A stretch of DNA of 64,000 nt from Syntrophorhabdaceae bacterium (GTDB lineage Bacteria > Desulfobacterota > Syntrophorhabdia > Syntrophorhabdales > Syntrophorhabdaceae): NCBI GenBank assembly GCA_963665295.1, contig OY762209.1, positions 4,672,001 to 4,736,000 of the forward strand, read 5' to 3'. Position 1 is the first letter of the stretch, and every line of letters begins with the position of its first letter. The position numbers were made by a program, and so were the translations under genes. Below, one piece after another: positions 10,818 through 21,206 of the stretch. The notes under the pieces are model-generated. The model was not told the origin of the DNA. It saw nothing but the letters and a program-made list of their open reading frames with translations, and made no database searches.

Positions 10818-13800
10818 TCAATCTCCGCACAACGCCTGCTCTTTCTCAATAATCTGAATATCCCTGTAATGCATCAGGTCGATCGCCTTTGCAGGACACT
10901 CGGCCGCGCAGGAGCCACACCCCTTGCACTTGCTGATATCTATCTCCGCTTCGCCTTTTTCGTTGATGACCGGCACGGAATAGGGACAAACCCTCACACA
11001 GGTGAGACACGCGGCGCACAACTCGCCCTCCACGTGAGCCACTATGCCGCCCGCCGCCACCTGATCCTTCGAGAGTATGGTGATGGCCCTCGCCACCGCA
11101 CCCTCCGCCTGGGCGATGCTCTCCCTCAGGTTCTTCGGCGAATGGCAGAGACCGGAGAGAAACATGCCGTCGGATGCAAAATCGACGGGTCTCAGCTTCA
11201 TGTGGGCCTCGAGGAAAAAGCCTTCATTCGTTCTCGGCACCTTGAGAAGGGTGGCAAGCTCCTGATTATCTCTCGCCACAATGGCGCTGCTCAAGGCCAC
11301 GAGGTCCGTTTCAAAGGAGATTTCTTCCCCGACCGAAGGGTCGTAGCACTTAAGGGAAAGAACCCCATCTCTTGTTTCCATGACAGGGGGTGCTGCTTTA
11401 TCGAACCTGACGAACCTGACTCCGAGCTTTCTCGCCTTCAGATAATATTTTTCGAGGAAGCCGTAGGTCATCATGTCTCTGAAAAGGATCACCACATCTG
11501 TCCCGGGCGCTTTCTCCTTTACTGTGATGGCGTTCTTGACCGCGCTGGTGCAGCAGATGCGGCTGCAATACGGGCGCTCTTCATTCCGCGACCCCACACA
11601 CTGGATCATGGCGATCCTCTTGACCGCCGGCTGTTCTCCAAGGGCGATCTTCCTCTCAAGCTCCATCTGGGTCATGACGCGGTCATCCTCGCCATATCGG
11701 TAAATTCCGGAGGGTTTAAATTCCTCCCCTCCCGTGGCAAGAATGAGCACACCGTGGGTGATCTTCTTATATGCCTTCTCCGGCCCGGTTACGAGGCCGG
11801 TTTCGTAATTCCCCTTGAAGCCCGTGTGGTCCACTGCGTCCGCGTTCATCTCCACATGGATAAGGGGATGGCTCACTACCCGCTCCACCGTTTCCTTCAG
11901 AAAGCCCTGGACATCGAGTCCGTCTATAGTGGAGAAAAGACCCTTGAGGTTGCCCCCGAGGGCGTCCGACTTCTCAATAAGGAAAACTTCGAAATTCTGA
12001 TTGGCAAGGTTCAGGGCCGCGGTCATACCCGCAATGCCCCCGCCGAATACGAGGGCCCTTTTGTTCACGTCAAGCATTACTTCCTTGAGGGGCTTAATAT
12101 AATTGGCGTTCGTTACCGCCATCCTCACAAGGTCTTTCGCTTTTTCCGTTGCGCCCTGCTTATCCTTCATGTGGACCCAGGAGCATTGATCCCTGATATT
12201 GGCCATCTCGAAAAGGTACTTGTTGAGTCCCGCATCCCGTATGGTGGCCCTGAACAGGGGCTCGTGCGTCCTCGGCGAACAGGAGGCCACAACCACCCTG
12301 TTTATGCCGTATTCGTCGATCATCCTCTTCATCTTGGCCTGGGTATCCTGGGAACAGGTGAAGAGGTTCTCATCGGCAAGCACCACATTCGGCAGGGTTT
12401 TCGCGTATTCCTGTACCTCGGGGACGTTCACTACCCCGCCTATATTGATGCCGCAATTGCACACGAAGACGCCGATCCTCGGCTCCTCGTTTTCCACGTC
12501 TTTCTCTTCCGGCAGGACTTTGATCACAAGGTCCTTGCCCCTTACATCCGAGATAAAGGAAGCCGCCTCACACGCGGCGCCGCTCGCCTGGATCACCGTC
12601 TCAGGTATGTCTTTCGGGGACTCGCACGCGCCGCTCACATAGATGCCCGGCCTTGAAGTGACCACGGGATTTGTGAGGTCCGTCTTTATGAAACCGTATT
12701 CATTGAGGTCAAGACTCAGGGCGGAGGCGAGCTTCGAAAGGTGTTCCGCCGGCCTCATACCCACGGAAAGGACCACGAGGTCAAATCTCTCCGTCTTCAG
12801 GTCTCCCGCCTCATCGACGTAGACGATCTCCACATCCTTTGTCGCATAGTCTTCGAGTACACGGGACACGAGGGATTTCACATACCTCACTCCATGCTCG
12901 TTCCTTGCCCTTTCATAGTACTGGTCAAAGCCTTTTCCGAAAGCCCTCACGTCCATATAGAAAATGGTGGGCTTTATATCATTCTGGTGTTCCTTTGCGA
13001 TGACCGCCTCTTTCGTGGCGTACATGCAGCAGACGGAAGAACAGTATTCGTGTACCTTGTCCCTACTCCCCACGCACTGGATAAAGGCGATCTTCTCCGG
13101 TATCCTGCCGTCGGAGGGCCGCATTATCACACTCGCCGTGGGCCCCGTGGCAGAGAGGATCCTTTCGAACTCCACGCTCGTTACCACGTTCTGGTATATA
13201 CCGTAACCAAGTTCGGGCTTGCCGCGGGCGTCATAGGCGTCGAACCCGCTCGACACGATTACACTCCCCACTTCGATCGTCTCTTCAGTCGGTCCCTCAA
13301 AGTAGTTTATCGCTTCAGGTTTGCAGAACTCCTCACAAATCTTGCACCCGAGACATTTTCTGCAGTTGAGGCAGCGCTCTGCTTCCTCCCTCGCCTCCTG
13401 CTCCGACAAGGGTTGGTAGACTTCCCTGAATCCTGAACGCTCTTCCACGGGAATGGAGGGGATGGCAACCCTGGCCCGCTTCTCCACGAAGGGGGGGATG
13501 TCTTTCACAACTTCATCCTCTTTTGCCCGTCTTCCTTCCGTCAGGTCGCGCCCTTCAAGGAAACGGGCGATGGACTCCGCTGCTTCTTTTCCCTGGGCAA
13601 TGGCATCGATGGCCATTTTCGGACCCGTTACCACGTCGCCGCCCGCAAATACGCCTTTCACCGTGGTTTCAAGGCTTACAGGGTCGGCTTTAACCCTGCC
13701 GTCTCTCAGAATTTCGAGGCCGGGCATGTCTTTGAGGAATCCTGTATCCATTGCCTGTCCGATGGCGAGGATAACGGTGTCCGCATCATAGGTTATGGTG

Positions 13801-15218
13801 GTCTCATCGTCGAAGCGGGGACTGAATCTCCTGTTCTCGTCAAAAACTGCCGTACAGCGTCTGAACTCGATGCCCTTTACTGCCCCGTCTTTAACTTCGA
13901 TCCGTTTGGGTCCCCATGACGCGTGGACTTTCACGCCCTCTTCCACCGCCTGGTCCACTTCCCATTTGTGGGCAGGCATTTCATCCCACTTCTCGAGACA
14001 CGCCATGTGGACTTCTTTCGCACCCAGTCTGCGCGCCGTCAAGGCCACGTCTATGGCGACATTTCCTCCGCCTATGACAAACACGCGACCGCCCATGGGG
14101 AGGGGTTCGTTTTTTACCACGCCCCTCAGGAAGGCAAGCCCACCGATTACACCGGAGGCTTCTTCGTTGTCAATGCCCAGGCTTCTTCCGCCATGGGCGC
14201 CTGCGCCTATGAACAGGGCGTCGAAACCGTCATATATCTCTTTAATGGGGACGTCCTTGCCGATCCTCGTGTTATATCGCACCTCGATGCCCATTTTCTC
14301 CACGATGGAGACTTCCCTGGCAAGGTCCTCCTTCGGGAGCCTGTAAGCGGGAATGCCCACATAAAGCATACCGCCGAGCTTGTCATGAGCCTCGAAGATG
14401 GTGACCCCGTATCCCGCCTTGCGAAGTTCCAGGGCGCATTCCAGCCCCGCCGGCCCTCCGCCGATAACAGCCACTTTCTTTCCTTTTTCCGGACCCACCG
14501 CCGGTACCGGAATATCCCGCTTTCCCGCCTCGAAGTCTGCCACAAACCGTTTCAAGGCGCATATGGCCACGGGCTGGTCTACCTTTCTTCCCCTCAGGCA
14601 TTCTTCCTCGCAGGGATGGGCACATATGCGGCCGATAACGCCGGGGAAGGGAAGTCTTTCTCTTATAAGGTCGAGGGCTTCGAGGAATCTCCCTTCGGCG
14701 ATCAGACCCACGTAGTCTCTCGCGTTCAGATTGACGGGGCACCGGTTCACGCATGGCGCTATCTCCCTGTCAATCATGTAGGTGGAAGGTATGGCCTGGG
14801 GGAAACTGATGAAGGCCCCTGTGCGCCTTGACAGCCCTTCATTGTAGTCGTTGCTCACATCAAGGGGACATTGAGGGGCGCAAAGGGAGCACGAGGTGCA
14901 TTTTTCCGACATGACCCTTCTCGGCCTTCTCTTGAGAGTAACGTTGAAATTGCCCGGCTCGCCCTCGAGGGCCACGACTTCCGTGTTCATGAGAAGTTCT
15001 ATGTTCGGATTCCGGCCCACCTCTACCAACTTGGGAGCCATAATGCACATGGAGCAGTCATTGGTGGGAAAGGTCTTGTCGAGTTGAGACATCTTTCCGC
15101 CGATATTCGGCATCTCGTCGGCGAGATAGACTTTGAATCCCGCTTCCACGAGGTCGAGGGATGCTTCCATTCCCCCTATGCCGCCGCCGATAACAAGTAC
15201 CTTACCTACCTTTTCCAT
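10818..15218 (-). CDS. hdrA: Large HdrA-like flavoprotein with inserted GltD/NfnB-like NAD(P)H module (HdrL-type), 1466 aa
   Basis: [19 protein letters not shown]; insert APCVNRCP..GRICAHPCEEEC, GGGPAGL, GGGNVAIDVA; two CVGSR..YCS..CC motifs; C-terminal 2x[4Fe-4S]. Confidence 0.9.
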   Translation of the reverse strand: MEKVGKVLVIGGGIGGMEASLDLVEAGFKVYLADEMPNIGGKMSQLDKTFPTNDCSMCIMAPKLVEVGRNPNIELLMNTEVVALEGEPGNFNVTLKRRPRRVMSEKCTSCSLCAPQCPLDVSNDYNEGLSRRTGAFISFPQAIPSTYMIDREIAPCVNRCPVNLNARDYVGLIAEGRFLEALDLIRERLPFPGVIGRICAHPCEEECLRGRKVDQPVAICALKRFVADFEAGKRDIPVPAVGPEKGKKVAVIGGGPAGLECALELRKAGYGVTIFEAHDKLGGMLYVGIPAYRLPKEDLAREVSIVEKMGIEVRYNTRIGKDVPIKEIYDGFDALFIGAGAHGGRSLGIDNEEASGVIGGLAFLRGVVKNEPLPMGGRVFVIGGGNVAIDVALTARRLGAKEVHMACLEKWDEMPAHKWEVDQAVEEGVKVHASWGPKRIEVKDGAVKGIEFRRCTAVFDENRRFSPRFDDETTITYDADTVILAIGQAMDTGFLKDMPGLEILRDGRVKADPVSLETTVKGVFAGGDVVTGPKMAIDAIAQGKEAAESIARFLEGRDLTEGRRAKEDEVVKDIPPFVEKRARVAIPSIPVEERSGFREVYQPLSEQEAREEAERCLNCRKCLGCKICEEFCKPEAINYFEGPTEETIEVGSVIVSSGFDAYDARGKPELGYGIYQNVVTSVEFERILSATGPTASVIMRPSDGRIPEKIAFIQCVGSRDKVHEYCSSVCCMYATKEAVIAKEHQNDIKPTIFYMDVRAFGKGFDQYYERARNEHGVRYVKSLVSRVLEDYATKDVEIVYVDEAGDLKTERFDLVVLSVGMRPAEHLSKLASALSLDLNEYGFIKTDLTNPVVTSRPGIYVSGACESPKDIPETVIQASGAACEAASFISDVRGKDLVIKVLPEEKDVENEEPRIGVFVCNCGINIGGVVNVPEVQEYAKTLPNVVLADENLFTCSQDTQAKMKRMIDEYGINRVVVASCSPRTHEPLFRATIRDAGLNKYLFEMANIRDQCSWVHMKDKQGATEKAKDLVRMAVTNANYIKPLKEVMLDVNKRALVFGGGIAGMTAALNLANQNFEVFLIEKSDALGGNLKGLFSTIDGLDVQGFLKETVERVVSHPLIHVEMNADAVDHTGFKGNYETGLVTGPEKAYKKITHGVLILATGGEEFKPSGIYRYGEDDRVMTQMELERKIALGEQPAVKRIAMIQCVGSRNEERPYCSRICCTSAVKNAITVKEKAPGTDVVILFRDMMTYGFLEKYYLKARKLGVRFVRFDKAAPPVMETRDGVLSLKCYDPSVGEEISFETDLVALSSAIVARDNQELATLLKVPRTNEGFFLEAHMKLRPVDFASDGMFLSGLCHSPKNLRESIAQAEGAVARAITILSKDQVAAGGIVAHVEGELCAACLTCVRVCPYSVPVINEKGEAEIDISKCKGCGSCAAECPAKAIDLMHYRDIQIIEKEQALCGD

Positions 15219-15271
15219 TATCCCCTACCTGAAATCCGTGTCTCCCTGCGGGGGACCGGCTTTCCGATGTC

Positions 15272-15628
15272 TTACAATTTTTTCCTGAACAGCGCATCTC
15301 TTCCTTCATGGCTTGCTATTTCAACAAGGTTCCTCTTTATAAGCTCTTTGACATGGTTAAACACTATGTCCTCTCTAAGGCCCAACTTCCCGGACAGGCC
15401 CCCTATGGTGTCCTCTTTGTCCGCGAGCGCTTCCAGTATCCTCGCCTTATCGAGGGACATGGCAAGAAGGGGGTCGAATACGAGGGAAAACTGCCTGTCC
15501 GTGAACTTTTCTCCATACACGTTTCCCGCCTTCAGGGCATCCTTTCTGTCGAGGAGTCTTTTCAGCTTATCCGCCCCTTCCGGGTCATATTTCCTGATAA
15601 AGTCGAGTCTTCTTTCCGTATCTGTCAT
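15272..15628 (-). CDS. Hypothetical protein with winged-helix-like C-terminus resembling the BamF C-terminal extension
   Basis: ILEALADKEDTIGGLSGKLGLREDIVFNHVKELIKRNLV; lies between hdrB and hdrA. Confidence 0.7.
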   Translation of the reverse strand: MTDTERRLDFIRKYDPEGADKLKRLLDRKDALKAGNVYGEKFTDRQFSLVFDPLLAMSLDKARILEALADKEDTIGGLSGKLGLREDIVFNHVKELIKRNLVEIASHEGRDALFRKKL

Positions 15629-15735
15629 CCGATATATACCCAATCCGCCTGTTTATTGTCTTAAGCGGGCAACGTTTGTCCCGGGCCCGGCATTCTCGCG
15701 GCCCGTGCTCAGCGCCCCGTTATTCGCGCGATCCT

Positions 15736-16623
15736 TCACGCTGACTTCCGTACACCGCCTTCACTGACGATCTTCTTCACCTTTCCCGCAACGCCGTCGG
15801 CGGTTATGATGTGGGACCCGCTCCCGGAGAGTTTGCCGAAAAGGGCAAGCTCGAATATCTCGGAAAGAAAGAGAACCGGCAGGTTCCCCTCTCTTTTCCC
15901 GAGGTAGGGGAGAATATCGAGGTTAAGCTGGCATAACGGGCATGAGGTCACCACCGCATCGGCGCCCACGGTAACCGCCATTTCCATGATCTTGCCCGAC
16001 AGCCTGAGGGTTACTTCTTTATTGGTCACTGTTTTGCTCGCACCGCAGCACTCCATCTTGTAGGGCCAGCCCACCACCTCGGCCCCCGCGGCCCAGAGAA
16101 GCATGTCCATACTTTCCGGGTTCTCCTTGTCGTCGAAAGCGCCCATCTTCATGATGCGGGTCAGCACGCAGCCGTAGTAAGGGACCACCTTGAGACCCGA
16201 GAGGTCGTAGGCGACGCTCTTCGCAATGCGCTCCAATCCCACGTATTCGTGGAATACCTCAATAATGTTCTTTACTTCCGTGGTGCCGAGCACCTTCAGG
16301 GGATGTATGGCGCGATTGATCTCATCTCTCAAGGCCTTGTCGGTCCGTAGTTTCTCGTTCGCGACCTTCGACCTGTTGTAACACGCGGAACAGGGGGCGA
16401 AAAAGTGCAGGTCTTCCCGCTCCGCAAGGCTCAGATTTCTCGCCGCAAGGGCGTATGCGATCTTCTCATCGATGGTGGTCGCCGCCGAAGCGCCGCAGCA
16501 GGACCAGCCGTCAAGCTCCTTCAACCCCACCCCGTACACGGAAAAAACGTCCTTTATCGACTGTTCGTAGAACTTGCTCGATGTCTTCATGGAGCAACCG
16601 GGGTAATACGTTAGCGTCCTCAT
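15736..16623 (-). CDS. hdrB: Heterodisulfide reductase subunit B-like (CCG domains)
   Basis: YYPGC, WSCCG, PCSAC, YYGC, ECCG, SCPLCQ. Confidence 0.9.
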   Translation of the reverse strand: MRTLTYYPGCSMKTSSKFYEQSIKDVFSVYGVGLKELDGWSCCGASAATTIDEKIAYALAARNLSLAEREDLHFFAPCSACYNRSKVANEKLRTDKALRDEINRAIHPLKVLGTTEVKNIIEVFHEYVGLERIAKSVAYDLSGLKVVPYYGCVLTRIMKMGAFDDKENPESMDMLLWAAGAEVVGWPYKMECCGASKTVTNKEVTLRLSGKIMEMAVTVGADAVVTSCPLCQLNLDILPYLGKREGNLPVLFLSEIFELALFGKLSGSGSHIITADGVAGKVKKIVSEGGVRKSA

Positions 16624-16630
16624 ATCTGCC

Positions 16631-17170
16631 TCAACCCCTCGACTTCTCAGCTTCTATTTTTCTGAATATTTCCTTCAACTGCTTTCTTTCCTTTATGTTG
16701 TGGGGCAGAATACCCATCCTTCCTTTCATGAACATGCCCATACCCATCTTCGCGTCTTCCAGAAAGTTCTTCTTAACCATCTTATACTTCATAACCGCCT
16801 CTATCTCGTGAAGCCTGCCATGCTTCTCAACGCTGTCGAGAAAGGACCGGTCGAATCTCCATGTATCCTTCTCCGCCTCTTTATGTTCCCTTACGGCGAT
16901 CTTCCTCAGTGTGTCGAAAACATGGGCTATATCGATATCATTCGGACACCTCACGCTGCAGGTGAGGCACTGAAGGCAGGTCCATATGGTTTTCGACGCA
17001 AGTACCCGCTCTCTCTCGCCGAGAGTAATATAACGGATAACCCTGTGGGGGTAAATATCCATCTCCTTCGCCACGGGACAGCCGACAGTACACCTGTAAC
17101 ACTGGTAACAGCCGGATATCTTTTCTCCGGTGGCATTTTCCATCTCGTTCAGGAAAGAAAGGTCATTCAT
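16631..17170 (-). CDS. hdrC: Heterodisulfide reductase subunit C-like (2x[4Fe-4S])
   Basis: CYQCYRCTVGCP, IWTCLQCLTCSVRCP, GRLHE. Confidence 0.9.
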   Translation of the reverse strand: MNDLSFLNEMENATGEKISGCYQCYRCTVGCPVAKEMDIYPHRVIRYITLGERERVLASKTIWTCLQCLTCSVRCPNDIDIAHVFDTLRKIAVREHKEAEKDTWRFDRSFLDSVEKHGRLHEIEAVMKYKMVKKNFLEDAKMGMGMFMKGRMGILPHNIKERKQLKEIFRKIEAEKSRG

Positions 17171-17421
17171 GGTCCGTCCTCTTAAGTACTTACAAATACA
17201 AGTAAGAATTCTGCGTTTCCGGTAATACGGAGCAACACATTATACACTGATAGGGGGGTTTTATCAATATCCGTGGCGGGTTTGCCCTTATGGGGACCGC
17301 TGTCCGCGCCCGGCCGCACCACGTCGGTTTGCCATGAGGTGCCCCATCCCTCAGGGTCGGAAACTCTTCGTGAAGCAAAAAGGGGTTGTCTGAAACTGCC
17401 CGGTGAGTCGAAAGGTCTTGC

Positions 17422-18399
17422 TTAAGGGCGAACCAGCCGGTACACCGACGTGCCTTTATGTCTTTTTACCGACCCCTGCTCTTCGAGGATCTCCAGATGG
17501 CCGACGACCTCTGAAATACCCAGGAGCACGTGGAAATCAGGAAGATCGAAAAAAACTCTGCCCATTATCTCGTAGGGGGTCGAAGCGCCTTCCGCCAGGA
17601 CCGAAACTATCTGTCTCTGTCGGTCATAAACGGACCCGAGCACCTTGTCGATGCGGGTCCCGGCGTCTTCTATCCCTTCCCCGTGCCCGGGAAGGGCTCT
17701 TCGCAAACCCAGGGCCTTCACCTTCCGAAGGGATGAAACGTACATCTCCAGACTTCTATACCCCTCACGGACTGCCGTCGGCCTTCGGACCACCGCATTG
17801 GACGAGATATCGCGGATCAGGAAATCACCTGTAAAGGCTGAAGCCGTTTTCGCGTCATAGTAAAGCGTGCACCAGGGCGTGTGACCGGGAACGGGAATGA
17901 CGGTGAAACGTGACGAACCTATCCCGATTGTATCTCCTGCTTCAAGGCGTCTTGTCACCTCCACACCGGGACCAAGTTCCTTCAACACCTCGAAGAATCG
18001 GGCGAGATATTCTTTTCCCGCCTTCGGGGCCCCCGCCCACTCGACAAACCGGCAATAATAGCCGAAATCCTTCTCAAATTCCTCGCAGGCATCCTCGACT
18101 GCAACGGCGGCCCCTTTAAGAATCCACACCTCCGCCCCGCTCCTCGACCTTACCCACGCCGCCGACCCGAAATGATCTATGTGAGGGTGGGTCACGATTA
18201 TCCGTCGAATGTCCTCAACGGCATACCCGACCGCGGCAAGCGCTGTTTCCAGGTATTGTTGCGCCCCTTCATTGTGAGGGGGAACGTCTATGAGCGTGGG
18301 CACGGGCTCCGCGCAAAAATACGAGTTTACGCTTTCTATGCCGATTGACAAGGGCACGCAAAGGCGATGGATAAGGGGACCGTCAACCAAACCCGTCAC
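17422..18399 (-). CDS. MBL-fold metallo-hydrolase
   Basis: THPHIDHFG, PGHT, FTGD, LPGHG; start uncertain. Confidence 0.85.
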   Translation of the reverse strand: MTGLVDGPLIHRLCVPLSIGIESVNSYFCAEPVPTLIDVPPHNEGAQQYLETALAAVGYAVEDIRRIIVTHPHIDHFGSAAWVRSRSGAEVWILKGAAVAVEDACEEFEKDFGYYCRFVEWAGAPKAGKEYLARFFEVLKELGPGVEVTRRLEAGDTIGIGSSRFTVIPVPGHTPWCTLYYDAKTASAFTGDFLIRDISSNAVVRRPTAVREGYRSLEMYVSSLRKVKALGLRRALPGHGEGIEDAGTRIDKVLGSVYDRQRQIVSVLAEGASTPYEIMGRVFFDLPDFHVLLGISEVVGHLEILEEQGSVKRHKGTSVYRLVRP

Positions 18400-18925
18400 G
18401 TTTTCCCAGAAATTGGAGCACCCCTTCAAGGTTGTCGAACAGGGGATAACTCTCTCCTTCATTCCAGGGCATCTCAAGCCCGGCCCCTACGATACCCGCC
18501 TTTTCCGCCTTTTGCAGGGTAACCGGACTATCGTCCACGATGCCCCAGCAGCTATCGAAAAGCACCGTCTTGTCGTAGCTCAAGTGTATCTCGTCAAAGA
18601 CGAGGCAGTGGGCGTTGAGCCACCGGGCCGTTGCGTCCAGCGTTCCCTTTTCCCTGTGACTGGCTATGATGATGTGAAACCCGGCATCCTTCAGGGACGA
18701 TAGAAATTGCCCGGCTTCCCGGTAAGGGGCGAACATGCCCTGGTCCATGTGGATATCTCTTATGAGGCGGTAGAATATCTTCGGAGACACATACTTCTTC
18801 CAGAAATCGAACTGACGCCACTCGGAGGGTGGAGCCAGACGTCGGTTCACCTCGCGCATCCGCTCATAGAGTACGGAGGCGAGGTCCCAGAGCGTGTTGT
18901 CGATATCCACGATAATTCTTTGCAT
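18383..18925 (-). CDS. HAD-superfamily 5'(3')-nucleotidase-like protein
   Basis: IIVDIDNTL (DxD), K motif YDKT, IVDDSP, PWN. Confidence 0.75.
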   Translation of the reverse strand: MQRIIVDIDNTLWDLASVLYERMREVNRRLAPPSEWRQFDFWKKYVSPKIFYRLIRDIHMDQGMFAPYREAGQFLSSLKDAGFHIIIASHREKGTLDATARWLNAHCLVFDEIHLSYDKTVLFDSCWGIVDDSPVTLQKAEKAGIVGAGLEMPWNEGESYPLFDNLEGVLQFLGKRDGFG

Positions 18926-19121
18926 AGATTTCCTATTATACACCAAGACCCGCTCCAGGAAAACCTCTCTCACGGAAAAGGAGGGCCGTAGCGGGCGGCC
19001 GGGAGAGCCCCATCACCTTGATTCCTGTTGACAACCGCCGGATATGACGGCAAAATAGAAACCGGAAAGGAATTGTTTCCATATCCATATTCTTGACCTG
19101 TTCCTTCATTTTGGAGATGCA

Positions 19122-19442
19122 GTGGTAAAAGACGATCCCCGCCGCGTTCCCTCAACATATGTCTACATCGTGGAGTGTGCGGATAAGACCCTCTATACGG
19201 GCCGTACCAATAACATCGCAAAACGCGTCCGGGAGCACAACAGCAGCGGAACAGGGGCCAAGTACACCCGGTCCAGGCGGCCCGTGAAACTGGTCTTCGC
19301 CGAACGTTGCAGCAGCCTTTCCGACGCCCTGAAGCGGGAAGCGGAGATCAAGAAGTTATCACGGGTACAAAAACTTCTGCTTATAGAAGCCCGTCAAGAC
19401 TCTTACGAACCCCTGACCGAAGAGATTCGCGACAGGAATTGA
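19122..19442 (+). CDS. GIY-YIG nuclease family protein (YhbQ/UPF0213)
   Basis: YVYIVECADKTLYTGRT..RVREHN..GAKYTRSRRPVKLV..ALKREAEIK. Confidence 0.9.
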   Translation: MVKDDPRRVPSTYVYIVECADKTLYTGRTNNIAKRVREHNSSGTGAKYTRSRRPVKLVFAERCSSLSDALKREAEIKKLSRVQKLLLIEARQDSYEPLTEEIRDRN

Positions 19443-19604
19443 TAACAACCAGGCTCACATAGTCCAGGCCCCGCGAAATGGGGCGACGCAAAATTCCAGG
19501 TGAAACCGAAGCATACTCTCATGAAGATATGCGTGGAATAAACACATTCAGGGGGAGTGCGGGACGCCATAATGCGTGTGTTGCCCGAGGTGTCCCTCTC
19601 CGTC

Positions 19605-21044
19605 TCACGATTGAGGGACGGAAGCGAGCTTCTTTGCCATGTCTCCGAGCACTGCGATGGCCCTTTCGACTTCCTGAGACCACACTGCCGCGTTGAGCCG
19701 TATGTAATTGCGGTACTTATTCCTGGTTGAGAAAATGAGACCGGGAGCTATGGTAATGCCCTTTTTGACCGCCATTTCATAAAGCTCCAGGGCATCGATC
19801 CTTTCCGGCATCTCAACCCAGAGGAAAAACGCGCCCGTGGGCCGGGTGACCCGCGTCCCCAAAGGAAAGTGCCGACCAACGGCGCTTCTCATGGACTCCA
19901 CGTTGCGACTCAGGATTCTCCTGATCCTTCTCAGATGGTGGTCATATCCCCCATTCGAGAGAAATTCGGCGATGGCCATCTGAGGGGGCGTTGCGGAGGT
20001 AAAGCTGTTCACAAATTTCTGGTGTTCAATTCTTTCGCGGAAAGACCCTGAAGAGGCAACCCATCCGACCCTGTATCCCGGGGCCAGGGTCTTTGAAAAG
20101 GACGAACAGAGGACCACGAGACCTTTTTCGTCAAAGCTCTTCACGACACCCGGCCTTTCCGACGAGAAGGAAAGGTCGCCGTAGATGTCATCTTCGATGA
20201 GAGGCACGTCGTGTTCATAGAGAAGGTGCAGAAGGGCTTTCTTCTTCTCATCGGGCATAAGGCTTCCGTTGGGGTTACTGAAATTGGGAACGAGCAGGCA
20301 CGCCTTGACCGGCATCTCTTCAAGAACGTAGGCCACGGTCTCCAGGCTTATTCCGTCCGAAGGATTCGAAGGAATCTCGATAACTTTCAAGCCAAGAGTC
20401 TCGATGGCCTGCAAATGGTTAAAAAAAGCAGGCGATTCGATGATTACCGTATCGCCTGGCCGGCAAAGGGCCCTGAGAGAAAGCATGATCGCCTCCTGAC
20501 ATCCCGTGGTGACAAGGATGTCGTCGGGTGCGAGCCTGCATCCCGACAGAAGAGACCTTCTGGCAATCTGGACACGAAGCTTTTCGTAGCCTCTTACCAT
20601 ATAGGACAGGCTCTGATTCCCCCTTGTTCTTACGACCGAGGCAAGAATGCTGCTCAGCTTCTTGACAGGTAACAGTTCCGGGTTCGGAATCGTAGGTCCG
20701 AGCTGGAGCAGACCAGGGTCCACCATGCTTCTCAGGACCCGGCGAACAATATCATTGATGCTCACGTCCGTGGGTTTTGCGTCCGTTTTTGTTGCCGGAG
20801 CCTCTGTCACAGGCCCCGGGACCAGGGCGCGGACATAATAACCGGACTGGGGGCGAGCTTCCACTATCCCCCTGTCTTCGAGAAGCCGATAGGCCTCCAG
20901 GGCAGTGGCGACGCTCACCTTCATCTTCCTGCTGATAATCCTAATGGAAGGTATCCGATCTCCCGTCCGGAAGGTCCCCTTTGTCACGAGATGGGCAATA
21001 TTGTCTGCAATCTTTTCGTAGAGATTATATCTTTGTCCCCTCAT
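19605..21044 (-). CDS. MocR/GntR-family regulator with PLP aminotransferase domain
   Basis: wHTH GDRIPSIR..VSVATALEAYRLLE..RPQSGYYV; NFSNPNG, EDDIY, SSFSKTLAPGYRVGW. Confidence 0.92.
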   Translation of the reverse strand: MRGQRYNLYEKIADNIAHLVTKGTFRTGDRIPSIRIISRKMKVSVATALEAYRLLEDRGIVEARPQSGYYVRALVPGPVTEAPATKTDAKPTDVSINDIVRRVLRSMVDPGLLQLGPTIPNPELLPVKKLSSILASVVRTRGNQSLSYMVRGYEKLRVQIARRSLLSGCRLAPDDILVTTGCQEAIMLSLRALCRPGDTVIIESPAFFNHLQAIETLGLKVIEIPSNPSDGISLETVAYVLEEMPVKACLLVPNFSNPNGSLMPDEKKKALLHLLYEHDVPLIEDDIYGDLSFSSERPGVVKSFDEKGLVVLCSSFSKTLAPGYRVGWVASSGSFRERIEHQKFVNSFTSATPPQMAIAEFLSNGGYDHHLRRIRRILSRNVESMRSAVGRHFPLGTRVTRPTGAFFLWVEMPERIDALELYEMAVKKGITIAPGLIFSTRNKYRNYIRLNAAVWSQEVERAIAVLGDMAKKLASVPQS

Positions 21045-21206
21045 CTTCCACCTGCAACGTTATTATACTATGAAGATTAACGCCTTTATATGTACAATAC
21101 TCCATTTTCTCGACCAGCACAGTTCAAAAAAACATCAATTGTGTCGGTAACAATTTTGTAGCGCTGTATCTTACACTTTTACCCGAAGGCGTCCATACTA
21201 TCAAGT

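Noticed and set aside
17190..17421. Riboswitch upstream of hdrC (two GGCAAAC motifs recall c-di-GMP-I)
   Set aside because: The GAAA tetraloop and second-stem consensus could not be built; an Infernal/Rfam scan would settle it
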